Positions 9,812 through 19,658 of a stretch of DNA of 64,000 nt are shown in pieces. Origin of the DNA: Oscillospiraceae bacterium (GTDB taxonomy: Bacteria; Bacillota; Clostridia; Oscillospirales; UBA644); assembly GCA_902783255.1 (NCBI GenBank), contig CACZQB010000055.1, positions 16,367 through 80,366 on the forward strand, read 5' to 3'. The first letter of the stretch is position 1; every line of letters starts with the position of its first letter. The notes below the pieces were generated by a model, which ran no database searches, was not told where the DNA came from, and worked only from the letters and a program-made list of their open reading frames with translations. Both the position numbers and the translations under genes were made by a program.

Positions 9812-10720
9812 ATGAAAAACAAAACAAGCTCCCTTGCACGCAAGAAAAAGTTTGAGAACCTTGACCTTATAGTATTCCTCGGTCCGTTCCTCGTAACTTT
9901 CTTCACATTTACGGTCCTTCCCGTATTTATCTCGCTGTTTATCAGTCTTACGAACTTCAATATGCTGGAAATGCCCGAATTTGTCGGACTTGCCAACTAC
10001 CAGAAGCTCTTCCTTAACGACGATATTTTCTCGCTTGCCATTCAGAACACGTTTATTCTCGCTATCGTAACAGGCCCCGTAAGCTACATCATATGCTTTG
10101 GTCTTGCATGGCTTATAAACGAAGTTCCCGCAAAGCCCCGTGCGTTCCTTACTCTTCTTTTCTACGCACCCTCTCTTTCGGGCGGTTTCGGCTTTGTATG
10201 GCAGCTGCTTTTCTCAGGCGACCGTTACGGCTACATCAACGGTCTTCTGCTCAACCTCGGCGTTATAACAGACCCGATACTGTTCCTCAAAGACCCCAAC
10301 TACATGTTCGGCGTCTGCGTGGTAATCGTTCTGTGGCAGGCGCTCGGTACAACGTTCCTTACCTTTATCGCCGGTCTTCAGACTGTCGACCGTTCTCTTT
10401 ACGAAGCGGCAGCCGTTGACGGTATAAAGAACAGATGGCAGGAGCTTTACTTCGTAACGCTTCCCTCAATGCGCGGACAGCTGCTTTTCGGCGCTATCCT
10501 TAACGTTACGGGTTCTTTCGGTATCGGCGGCGTAATCACTCAAGTATTCGGATTCCCGACGACTGACTACGCGCTTCACACCATCATGCACCATCTTGAC
10601 GACTACGGCGGAGTCCGTTTTGAAATGGGCTACGCGTGCGCGATAGCAACGCTTCTGTTCATCATCTCGTTTACGATGAACAAGCTGTTCCAGTTCGTGC
10701 TTGGTCGTATCGGTAAGTAA
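9812..10720 (+). CDS. Carbohydrate ABC transporter permease (MalF/UgpA-like)
   Basis: FVGLANY and EAA loop LYEAAAVDG; ATG 9812 follows AGGAGG. Confidence 0.9.
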   Translation: MKNKTSSLARKKKFENLDLIVFLGPFLVTFFTFTVLPVFISLFISLTNFNMLEMPEFVGLANYQKLFLNDDIFSLAIQNTFILAIVTGPVSYIICFGLAWLINEVPAKPRAFLTLLFYAPSLSGGFGFVWQLLFSGDRYGYINGLLLNLGVITDPILFLKDPNYMFGVCVVIVLWQALGTTFLTFIAGLQTVDRSLYEAAAVDGIKNRWQELYFVTLPSMRGQLLFGAILNVTGSFGIGGVITQVFGFPTTDYALHTIMHHLDDYGGVRFEMGYACAIATLLFIISFTMNKLFQFVLGRIGK

Positions 10721-10741
10721 TGAGGAAAAGGAGGTTTTATC

Positions 10742-11719
10742 ATGGCTGAAAAATTAGAAGATGAAGTTCAGGTAGTATATAAAAATCCAAAACCCCTTTT
10801 CGGTATCATAAAGCGCAGACCGAAATACGACGAAAACGGCCATCTTATATATTATAAGAAGAAAAAGCTGTTCAAGTATAACAGGGTAAACAGATCGTTC
10901 GGCGGCGACCTTACGATGTTCGCGTTCCTTCTCATTGCGGGCGCATTTATGGCGTTCCCTCTCGTATACGCGATTTCGCAGTCGCTCAAACCGCTCCATG
11001 AGCTGTGGCTTTTCCCGCCGAACCTCATAGTTAAGAACCCGACCTTCAAAAACTACATAGATCTTTTCAACATAATGTCCAACTCGCTCGTTCCGATGTC
11101 GAAATATCTGTTCAACACGATATTCATCACGCTCGTCGGTACGCTGCTCAGAACAATATCCGCCTCGATGTGCGCATACCCCGTATCGAAGCGTCAGTTC
11201 AGAGGCAAAAACTTCATATTCCAGATAGTTACCCTTTCGCTTATGTTTGCGGCTCCGGCGGCAACGATAGCAAACTATATCATCATGGCCAACCTCGGCT
11301 GGATCGATACTTATTATGCCATTCTTATTCCGGCGCTCGGCAACTCGACCGCTATGTATCTCGTAAAACAGTTCATCGATCAGTTCCCCGACTCCGTTCT
11401 CGAAGCCGCCCGTATAGACGGCGCGGGAGAATTCAGAATATTCTGGCAGATACTTATGCCTTCCATCAAACCCGCATGGATGACCCTTATAGTATTCGCG
11501 GTTCAGGATTTCTGGAACATGGGTTCCTCAATATTCATCTATCGCGAAGAGCTTAAAACACTCGGCTACGCTCTTTCTCAGATTGCTGCGGCAGGTATCG
11601 CAAGAGCAGGCGTTTCAACTGCGGTTTCAATAGTAATGATGATAGTTCCGGTTATTACATTCGTCATCACGCAGTCGAACATTCTCGAAACGATGTCCAC
11701 CTCGGGCATGAAAGACTGA
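10742..11719 (+). CDS. Carbohydrate ABC transporter permease (MalG/UgpE-like)
   Basis: EAA loop EAARIDGAGEFRIFWQI; SLKP...PP motif; TM pattern. Confidence 0.9.
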   Translation: MAEKLEDEVQVVYKNPKPLFGIIKRRPKYDENGHLIYYKKKKLFKYNRVNRSFGGDLTMFAFLLIAGAFMAFPLVYAISQSLKPLHELWLFPPNLIVKNPTFKNYIDLFNIMSNSLVPMSKYLFNTIFITLVGTLLRTISASMCAYPVSKRQFRGKNFIFQIVTLSLMFAAPAATIANYIIMANLGWIDTYYAILIPALGNSTAMYLVKQFIDQFPDSVLEAARIDGAGEFRIFWQILMPSIKPAWMTLIVFAVQDFWNMGSSIFIYREELKTLGYALSQIAAAGIARAGVSTAVSIVMMIVPVITFVITQSNILETMSTSGMKD

Positions 11720-11735
11720 TGAAAGGAGAAGAAAG

Positions 11736-13349
11736 ATGAAAAACGGATTTCTTAAAACCGCGCTTACACTTGTTCTCCTTGCGGCAATGACCGTTACGGT
11801 CGCTCTTCCCGCGCTTGCCCTTCCGATAAACTCGGATATCGCCGACAACTATATTTACAACTACAACAGACAACCCGTGCAGGCTCCTCTGGCGTATAAA
11901 GCGATAAGAGTTATCGGTTATGAGGATCTCGGTCTTGACAGACAGTTCCAGCCCTCCGATATCTATGTAAGAGGCGACTACCTTTATATAGTAGATAAAG
12001 GCGGAAACAGAGTTATCGTTCTTGACCAGAATTATCAGGTAGTTTCGATAATTTCAGAGCTTAAAAACGCGCCGGCGCTTTACGCTTACATTCCCGGCAA
12101 AACAAATTCGGACGGTTCCCCTTTCCAGGACTCCGAAATGCTTTCTCACAACAAAAACACATTCTACGCTCCCGAAGGAATTTACGTTGACGAAGACGGT
12201 CTTATTTATGTTGCCGATACGCAAAACAGAAGAATCGTTATGTGCGACATAAACGGAAACGTTCAGAATGTTATTCAGGGCGTTCGCGTAGACGTTATAA
12301 ACGATTATGCGTTCAAACCCGTAAAGATCGTTGTGGACAGAACAGGTTCGTTCCTCGTAATCGGCTATGCCGTAAACAGAGGACTTCTCGAAATCGACAG
12401 TGACGGCACATTTCGTTCGTTTGTCGGCGCTCCCCCGGTAACATACAACGCTGCAGACTGGTTCTGGCGTGTGATCGCTACCGAAGAGCAGAAAAAGCAG
12501 CTCGTCAAATATGTTCCTACCGAATACAGCAACATAAACATTGACGACCGCGGCTTTATTTACGCTACCATAAGCACTATCAGCGCTCCCGAGCTTCTGA
12601 CGGCTATCGCGGGCAACAGTGTTTCAGGCGCACTTGCTCCTGTCAAGAAACTTTCTCCGGCAGGTTCGGACGTACTGAGGCGTACGGGCAAATATCCGCC
12701 CGTAGGCGACCTTATGTTCTTCTTCAACTCATCGCCTCAGATAGTTGACGTTGCCGTGGATGACGAAAGCGGCAGATACACGATCATCGACTCCCGTTCA
12801 GGCCGTTTCTTCACATACGACCCCGACGGAAACCTGCTTTACATGGGCGGCGGATCAAGCACCGACCAGAACGGCAGATTCAGAACGGCAAACTCGATAG
12901 CGATCAGAGGCGAACACATAATCATCTCCGACGTCGGCAACAAGTCGATCACGGTTTACGAAACGACCGAATATGCAAGACTCATCAACTCAGCCGTTTC
13001 ATCAAACGCCGCAGGACGATTTGAAGAAGCAGCCGATTACTGGGATAAGGTTACAACGTTCAACTCCAATATGTATATCGCCTATATCGGTCTGGGCAAG
13101 GCTGAAATGCGTCAGGCAATGGCAAATTACGACGAAACAAGATTTGACCATTACGAAAACGCCCTTGTTTACTTCTCTAAGGCGACCGAAAAAGAAAATT
13201 ATTCAAAAGCCTACGGCGAACTCAGAAAAGAAGAGCTTTCAAAGAACTTCTCGTTCATCTTTATAGGCATAATAATAATAATTGTAGGCATTATCGTATT
13301 GTATTTCGTTCGCAAATCACTTAAAAAGAAGAAAAGGGGGGCTAAATAA
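11736..13349 (+). CDS. NHL-repeat beta-propeller + TPR-like protein with C-terminal membrane anchor
   Basis: Signal peptide; NHL repeats (PEGIYVDEDGLIYVADTQNRRI); TPR-like helices (FEEAADYW..AYIGLGKA); C-terminal TM followed by a KKKKR tail. Confidence 0.8.
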   Translation: MKNGFLKTALTLVLLAAMTVTVALPALALPINSDIADNYIYNYNRQPVQAPLAYKAIRVIGYEDLGLDRQFQPSDIYVRGDYLYIVDKGGNRVIVLDQNYQVVSIISELKNAPALYAYIPGKTNSDGSPFQDSEMLSHNKNTFYAPEGIYVDEDGLIYVADTQNRRIVMCDINGNVQNVIQGVRVDVINDYAFKPVKIVVDRTGSFLVIGYAVNRGLLEIDSDGTFRSFVGAPPVTYNAADWFWRVIATEEQKKQLVKYVPTEYSNINIDDRGFIYATISTISAPELLTAIAGNSVSGALAPVKKLSPAGSDVLRRTGKYPPVGDLMFFFNSSPQIVDVAVDDESGRYTIIDSRSGRFFTYDPDGNLLYMGGGSSTDQNGRFRTANSIAIRGEHIIISDVGNKSITVYETTEYARLINSAVSSNAAGRFEEAADYWDKVTTFNSNMYIAYIGLGKAEMRQAMANYDETRFDHYENALVYFSKATEKENYSKAYGELRKEELSKNFSFIFIGIIIIIVGIIVLYFVRKSLKKKKRGAK

Positions 13350-14030
13350 ATGAAATCTATCGGAGAGATCGCGAAAAGCCTGGGCACCGGCATAGTTACG
13401 ATGTTCAAACGCCTTCCGTTTGCGTTTTACATTCTCGCGCACCCGTTCGACGGTTTTTACGAACTGAAAAACGACCCGCGCAGACATAATCTTCCCGGCG
13501 CCGTCTTCCTTTTCCTTGTTCTTGCTCTTACATCTATAATGAAAAGACAGCTTACCGGTTATCTTTTCACCGAACCGTTCGCTCAGATGAACCTGAACGT
13601 GCCATATGAAATCGCAATCGCAGTTCTTCCGTTCATCCTCTTTATAATAGCAAACTGGTGCTTTACCTCACTTATGGACGGCGACGGTAAATTCAGAGAT
13701 ATCTTTACCGCCACAGCATACGCAACGATACCGATGTCGATATGCAATCTTCTTGCGATACCGCTGTCGAATTTCGTTACGATTTCCGAGTCGGGTATGT
13801 ATAATTTCGTTGTCGCCTTCGGTTACGTATGGTGCTACGGAATGGTATTCATAGGCATGCTCGTTACTCATCAGTATACCGTTAAAAAAGCTATCGCCAC
13901 CGCTATTCTTTCAATAGTGGGCATGGCTGTTATAGCATTCATAATCGTTCTTATAGCATTCCTTGTAACTCAGGTAGCAGGTTTCGTTATCCAGCTTTAC
14001 ACGGAAATCAGCTTCAGATTGAACGAGTAA
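13350..14030 (+). CDS. YIP1-family membrane protein
   Basis: HPFDGFYELK, ANWCFTSLMDGDGKFRDI and HQY motifs; about 5 TM segments. Confidence 0.75.
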   Translation: MKSIGEIAKSLGTGIVTMFKRLPFAFYILAHPFDGFYELKNDPRRHNLPGAVFLFLVLALTSIMKRQLTGYLFTEPFAQMNLNVPYEIAIAVLPFILFIIANWCFTSLMDGDGKFRDIFTATAYATIPMSICNLLAIPLSNFVTISESGMYNFVVAFGYVWCYGMVFIGMLVTHQYTVKKAIATAILSIVGMAVIAFIIVLIAFLVTQVAGFVIQLYTEISFRLNE

Positions 14031-14045
14031 GGAGGAGAAGATTAA

Positions 14046-17024
14046 ATGAAAAAAATAATTTCTGTTTTTCTTGCGTTTGTCCTCTTCCTTTCATCCGTTT
14101 CCGTCCTTGCGGCATGCGGAACAGACAAGGCCGACGATGAGCCCGAATATATCAGCGAGGATATGCGTCTTGAGCATATTGCGAAACTCGAAGAAGGCGG
14201 CGTTGTAATAGCCGAAAACGTAAAGAGCGTTCATCACGACGAAGAAAACGACGTTGATATCGTTGAATATACGTGGACGGTAGATCCCGCATACGCTACG
14301 CCTGTGGGCAAAGAAGTTTCAAACTACTCATATACCGATGAAAACGGCAACAACATTGCTGTAAAACTCGGTATCACGAATATGAGTAAAATAATGGAAA
14401 ACGACAGATTCATTCTTTATATGTGCCTAACCCCCGGCAAGATAGACATTGAGCAGCAGGGCGGTTCGGTAACGGACTTTGCGGTCTACGATAAAGAAAC
14501 GAAACACGTTTACCATTCAAACAGCAACTTTGAACCGAACTCAACTTATGCAAACGTAAAAGCTCCTTCAAAGGACGTAAAGGGCTCTCCGGATATGAAC
14601 GTCCTCAACCCGATAGTTTCGTCCCTTGCAATAGAAGCTTACGACGTTGCAAACAAGAGATATGAATTCAACTTCCGCCAGCACTGCCTTGAAGATCTTC
14701 GTATTCAGGTAGTAAAAATGGCAGACAACAAATTAAGGGTAATATACACCATCGGTAACGACCCGGATAAAGACCTCGTTCCTCCCGTAATTACCGTTGA
14801 AACATATCAGTGGCTTGAAGAACGCCTTGCTACCCATACCGAGCTTAACGAAAAAGGCACTAAAACGCTCGGTGAGGAAAAGATGGGCGACCTTATCACA
14901 AACTACAAATACGTTACCCCCGAAAACCTCGACCTTGAAGACAGAGAACGTCTTATCAAAAATTATCCTCTGCTTGACGCGATCCCGATGTATATCGTGC
15001 GTGTTCTTAACACAAGACAGAAAAAGATCGTAAAAGAAGCTATGGAACTTGCCGGCTTTACGGTAGACATGCTTAAGAGAGAGATGGAACTTGTTGAGTA
15101 TTCCGGACCGGAACGTGCAGTTATGTTTACGATCCCTCTCGATCTTACCCTTACGGAAAAAGGACTTACGGTAAACATCGATTCATCGCTCATTCAGGCG
15201 CCTTCGAAGCAGAAAATGTATAAGATCTCGCTTCTGCGCTCTTTCGGTTCGATGATAAACACTTCAAAGCTTACCAATCCCCCCTATATCATCACCTGCG
15301 ACGGTTCGGGCGCGTTTATGCCCGCGACCGGCTACGTAACACAGTCTGTATACACCGCAAGAATTTACGGTGAAGACCTTACGTTCCAGAGCGAATCAAA
15401 AACGACCAAAATGATGCAGATCGTTTCTCCGTATCTTTTCTACGACAGATCGGACTACGGCGGAATCATGGAAATTCTTGAAAGCGGCACAGCACAGGCG
15501 TTTGCTACCGCAAGACCTTCCAACAGCACAAACAACCCCGGCGCTTCGATAAACTACGACCTTATTTATTCCGAACGTGACTACCGAACATACTCCGGCG
15601 GTCAGTCGAACAGCTCGTCGGCTGTCGTTTCGACCGACAACTCCTCTTCGGGCGTTGTTCTTTCAAAGGAAAAACAGGTCGCAAACTTCCAGGTAAGCTA
15701 TTTCTTCACTCCCGGTAACCTGACATATTCCGACTACGCGAAGATGTACAGAGATTACCTTATCGATAAAGGAATACTTCCCGCAGAAACGGTTGCCAAA
15801 GGCACAAAAACACCGTTCTATCTTGAAGCGATCGGCGCGATCAACAAAAACGAATCTGTCGGCGGTCTTCCCGTTGACGCAACAAAGGCTCTTACAAGCT
15901 ATTCGGAACTCAAAGAGATCGTTCAGTCCCTCGTTGACGCGGGAGTTGCGAACATAAACGTCCGTTATCTCTACTGGTCAAACGAAGGCTACTACAACAC
16001 GGTATCCAGTGTTCCCGCCCTTATGAGCGAAATGGGCAGCAGATCGGAGCTTAACGACCTCGTTTCCTACATGAAGTCAAACAACATCGGCTTCTATCCT
16101 TCCGCCGATTTCCTCTATATTTATAAAGACAAACTTACAGACTCGCTCAACTATACAAACGATGCGGCACGTCGTCTTGACATGCGTGTTGCAAGAGTAT
16201 ACAAGAGAAGTCTTTCAACGGGCAGAACTACCACTGACGCTGATTATACGCAAACTGTCCTTAACCCCGGCATAATTCCTTCGCTTGCAAAATCCTATAA
16301 GGCCGAATTTGAGAAGATCATAGATAACAAGCAGATTTCTCTCGGCGAGATCGGCAGAGACCTCAACTCAAACTACAGAGTAGGTCATATCATGAACAGA
16401 ACCCAGGCTCTCGAAGCTCAGCTCGAAGCATTGGAGCTTTTCTACAACGACGGCTACAAGCTGCTCGTTTCTACCGGTAACGACTACACATGGAAATATG
16501 CGGATCATATCGTAAATCTTCCTATCGGCGCAAGCGAATACCTCTCTTCGACCGGTTCCATACCGTTCCTTCAGATGGTTCTTCACGGACATATTCAGTA
16601 TGCCGCAGAGCCGTTCAATATTTCGGCGGACTACGAAACGCAGCTTCTTAAATGCCTTGAAACGGGCAGCGGCGTAAACTTCCGCTGGATGTACGACGAA
16701 AACGGCGTATTCGACAACACCAAATTCTACGATTTCTACTCGCTGCACTACACCGACAGCTTCGACAGAGCAGTTGAGCTGTATAAGGAAGTCGCATCCG
16801 TTCTCGACAAAGTAACGTCCGAACCGATAACACTTCACGAAACCGCGAACGCGTATATCAAAGGCGTAACAGACGTTAACGGAGAAAAAGTAAAAATCAA
16901 CAATGTATTCCATGTAATTTACGGCGACGGCGCACTTGAGCTTTACATCAACTACAACAGTTCCGAAGTTGAAATTGAATCCGGCGCGACCGTTCCGGCA
17001 CTCGGATATTTGGAGGTGAAGTAA
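14046..17024 (+). CDS. Large lipoprotein, DUF5696-like
   Basis: Lipobox VLAA-C. C-terminal half has GNDYTWKYAD, IPFLQMVLHG.I.Y...FN and YINY motifs that I associate with DUF5696 proteins. Confidence 0.68.
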   Translation: MKKIISVFLAFVLFLSSVSVLAACGTDKADDEPEYISEDMRLEHIAKLEEGGVVIAENVKSVHHDEENDVDIVEYTWTVDPAYATPVGKEVSNYSYTDENGNNIAVKLGITNMSKIMENDRFILYMCLTPGKIDIEQQGGSVTDFAVYDKETKHVYHSNSNFEPNSTYANVKAPSKDVKGSPDMNVLNPIVSSLAIEAYDVANKRYEFNFRQHCLEDLRIQVVKMADNKLRVIYTIGNDPDKDLVPPVITVETYQWLEERLATHTELNEKGTKTLGEEKMGDLITNYKYVTPENLDLEDRERLIKNYPLLDAIPMYIVRVLNTRQKKIVKEAMELAGFTVDMLKREMELVEYSGPERAVMFTIPLDLTLTEKGLTVNIDSSLIQAPSKQKMYKISLLRSFGSMINTSKLTNPPYIITCDGSGAFMPATGYVTQSVYTARIYGEDLTFQSESKTTKMMQIVSPYLFYDRSDYGGIMEILESGTAQAFATARPSNSTNNPGASINYDLIYSERDYRTYSGGQSNSSSAVVSTDNSSSGVVLSKEKQVANFQVSYFFTPGNLTYSDYAKMYRDYLIDKGILPAETVAKGTKTPFYLEAIGAINKNESVGGLPVDATKALTSYSELKEIVQSLVDAGVANINVRYLYWSNEGYYNTVSSVPALMSEMGSRSELNDLVSYMKSNNIGFYPSADFLYIYKDKLTDSLNYTNDAARRLDMRVARVYKRSLSTGRTTTDADYTQTVLNPGIIPSLAKSYKAEFEKIIDNKQISLGEIGRDLNSNYRVGHIMNRTQALEAQLEALELFYNDGYKLLVSTGNDYTWKYADHIVNLPIGASEYLSSTGSIPFLQMVLHGHIQYAAEPFNISADYETQLLKCLETGSGVNFRWMYDENGVFDNTKFYDFYSLHYTDSFDRAVELYKEVASVLDKVTSEPITLHETANAYIKGVTDVNGEKVKINNVFHVIYGDGALELYINYNSSEVEIESGATVPALGYLEVK

Positions 17025-17025
17025 A

Positions 17026-17979
17026 ATGAGCGCAGAAGCAGCGGCAAAAAAGCCAAAAGAGATAAAGAGAGGCAAACTCTCACTCGAGCGCAAGCATAAT
17101 CTTTACGGTTATATCTTCGTTCTTCCCGTAATTATCGGTCTCGCGTTCATATACATCCCCGTTATCATCCAGTCTTTCATTTATTCCGTAAGTGAAATCA
17201 AGGTTGATGCGTCGGGCTTCCACACAATTTTCGTAGGACTCGACAACTACTACGAAGCTCTCTTTGTTGAGGCAGACTTCCTCAGAACAGTTGTTGAGTC
17301 AACGCTCGGCATCCTTGTTCAGATCCCGATAATCCTTATCTTCGCGTTCTTTATGGCAAATGTTCTTAACCAGAACTTCAAAGGAAGAACCGTAGCCCGC
17401 GTTATCTTCTTCATCCCCGTTGTTATTTCAACAGGTATTATCGCCCAGTTTGAAAACATGAGCTCAATGCTTGACGTATACAGCTCTTCGGAAAAGATGG
17501 ATATAGGCAGCGCTTCGGGTATGGCAAACGTCTTCAACTATCAGCAGCTCAGACAGCTCGTAGTTGTTGTTTTGCAGAATAACGACTTTGCAAACGTTGT
17601 TCTCGGCGCGGTAGACGGACTTTACAGCGTTATCACTTCTTCCGGCGTTCAGATGCTCGTATTCCTTTCCGGTCTGCAGTCGATCTCAACTTCAATGTAT
17701 GAGGCGGCTACGGTCGAAGGCGCAACGGCATGGGAAACTTTCTGGAAGATATCCTTCCCCATGATAAGCCCGCTTATTCTTGTTAACCTTATCTATACCG
17801 TTATAGATATGTTCCTCAAGGCGGAAAACCCGGCGGTCAAGATGATTAATGAAGAGCTGAGCAACGCGAGTGAGTATGCTCTCGCATCCGCGTTCTCATG
17901 GATCTACATGCTTGTAGTTCTTGTCTTCGTAGGCATCGTTGTTCTTCTCGTCCGCAAACTCATCATTTATCAGGATTAA
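17026..17979 (+). CDS. Carbohydrate ABC transporter permease (MalF-like)
   Basis: FVGLDNY; SGLQSI..SMYEAATVEGATAWETFWKI EAA loop. Confidence 0.9.
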   Translation: MSAEAAAKKPKEIKRGKLSLERKHNLYGYIFVLPVIIGLAFIYIPVIIQSFIYSVSEIKVDASGFHTIFVGLDNYYEALFVEADFLRTVVESTLGILVQIPIILIFAFFMANVLNQNFKGRTVARVIFFIPVVISTGIIAQFENMSSMLDVYSSSEKMDIGSASGMANVFNYQQLRQLVVVVLQNNDFANVVLGAVDGLYSVITSSGVQMLVFLSGLQSISTSMYEAATVEGATAWETFWKISFPMISPLILVNLIYTVIDMFLKAENPAVKMINEELSNASEYALASAFSWIYMLVVLVFVGIVVLLVRKLIIYQD

Positions 17980-17991
17980 GGAGGGAAGAAA

Positions 17992-18987
17992 ATGAGACAA
18001 ATCAACTACGTTGTAGAAGGTAAAGAGCACGAAAAGCGCAACTTTATCGAAAATCTTCTCGCAAAACTCAATCCCACCAAATATGCTGATTTCAGCTGGG
18101 AAAGATGGAAAAGAAAGAACTTTAATCTCAAAGGCGTAGGCAAATTCCTCTGGTCAATCGCAAGATTCATAATCATCGTAGGTATATCCTTCATGATCCT
18201 TTATCCGTTCGTTGTCAAGGTCATCGTTTCGGGCATGTCCACGGCGGACCTTGAAGATAAAACGGTTATGTTTATCCCCCGCGAAGGCTCAACGTATTTC
18301 TGGCAGCGCGCTATACAGAATATCCAGTATTGGCAGGCGCTCATAAATTCGGCGCTCCTCTCACTGATAACCGCTGTGCTTCAGATGCTTGTAAGCTGTC
18401 TTGCCGGCTACGGATTTGCAAGATTCAACTTCAAGGGCAGAAACATTCTCTTCTTCCTCATCATTCTCACTCTTATCATTCCTCCGCAGACTATCATGCT
18501 TCCGCTGTATGTCCGTTTCAGATATTTCATCGGAAACATCTCGATAATCGACTCTATCTGGCCGATGGCGGTAATGTCCGCTACGGGTCTCGGTCTTAAA
18601 AACGGTCTTTATATCTACCTTATGCGTCAGTTCTTCAGAGGACTTCCGAAGGCGCTCGACGAGGCTGCATATATCGACGGCGCAGGCCCGTTCCGCACAT
18701 TCTTCTCGGTAATGCTTCCGAACGCGGGCAACATGATGATCACCGTTTTCCTCTTCTCCTTCACATGGCAGTGGACGGATACAACGTATAACAGCATGCT
18801 TGTTCCGAATATGGTAATTCTTTCAAATACCGTAACGAACGTTACAAAGGGCGTTTCGGAGCTTATCCAGCAGCAGACACTCTACGATACGGCTTCGATC
18901 CTTATGATATTCCCGCTCTTGATAGTATTCCTCTTTGCTCAGAGATACTTCATTCAGGGTATCGAAAGATCCGGCCTTGTAGAATAA
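17992..18987 (+). CDS. Carbohydrate ABC transporter permease (MalG-like)
   Basis: GYGFARFNFKGR, LMRQFFRGLPKALDEAAYIDGAG and QRYFIQGIERSG motifs. Confidence 0.9.
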   Translation: MRQINYVVEGKEHEKRNFIENLLAKLNPTKYADFSWERWKRKNFNLKGVGKFLWSIARFIIIVGISFMILYPFVVKVIVSGMSTADLEDKTVMFIPREGSTYFWQRAIQNIQYWQALINSALLSLITAVLQMLVSCLAGYGFARFNFKGRNILFFLIILTLIIPPQTIMLPLYVRFRYFIGNISIIDSIWPMAVMSATGLGLKNGLYIYLMRQFFRGLPKALDEAAYIDGAGPFRTFFSVMLPNAGNMMITVFLFSFTWQWTDTTYNSMLVPNMVILSNTVTNVTKGVSELIQQQTLYDTASILMIFPLLIVFLFAQRYFIQGIERSGLVE

Positions 18988-19031
18988 TCAGATCATTCCG
19001 GACTCATTGTATTATATATTCGGAAAACATC

Positions 19032-19065
19032 AAAAAAACCGCTTCGTTTTTCGGAGCGGTTTTTT
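19032..19065 (+). terminator. Intrinsic terminator of the ABC operon
   Basis: AAAAAACCGCTTCG / CGGAGCGGTTTTTT hairpin with T tract. Confidence 0.8.
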
Positions 19066-19477
19066 CTGCAATAATTGTAAGAAATAGCTTTTTCTGATCC
19101 GGAAGAACGGTAACTGAACCCATTGTTCAAACCGAATATTACAATAATTACGACAAATATCTATATGTTGTGGTTTTGATTTATTTCAATACTACATATA
19201 TTATTACAATTTTGAGATCAGCAAAATTTATCTCAAAAACGCTGAAAAAGTGTGATTTTATCGGCGTTTTGCGCAAATCGGGAAAAAACGGTGAAATTCA
19301 GGAATTGTAATATATTACAACGAAAAAATCATAAGTTTTCCACTGCATTCCATTGTAATTTTACGGAAAAACAGCCGATTTTATGTGCAACCTGCACATT
19401 TTAAGCAATTAATAATTAAAATAAATTGTGAAAACATACAAATTACACCCCTTATTGAAAAAAATTACAAAAAGGGG

Positions 19478-19506
19478 TTGATTTTTTCGGCAAAATGTAA
19501 TATAAT
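19478..19506 (+). promoter_or_regulatory. SigmaA promoter of the large secreted-protein gene
   Basis: TTGATT-17 bp-TATAAT, about 150 nt upstream of the start codon. Confidence 0.6.
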
Positions 19507-19658
19507 ATACGCAAGGCAAAAGAAAAGAGGAGGGGGTAGTATCCTCAAAAAAGGAAAAATCCCCCGAAATCGGATCTTTGATGCCGAAAGTTTATTTTCA
19601 ACTGTCTCGAAAAGATGAAAATCATGAAGAGACAAATTTTAAAGGAGGAAAACAATCC

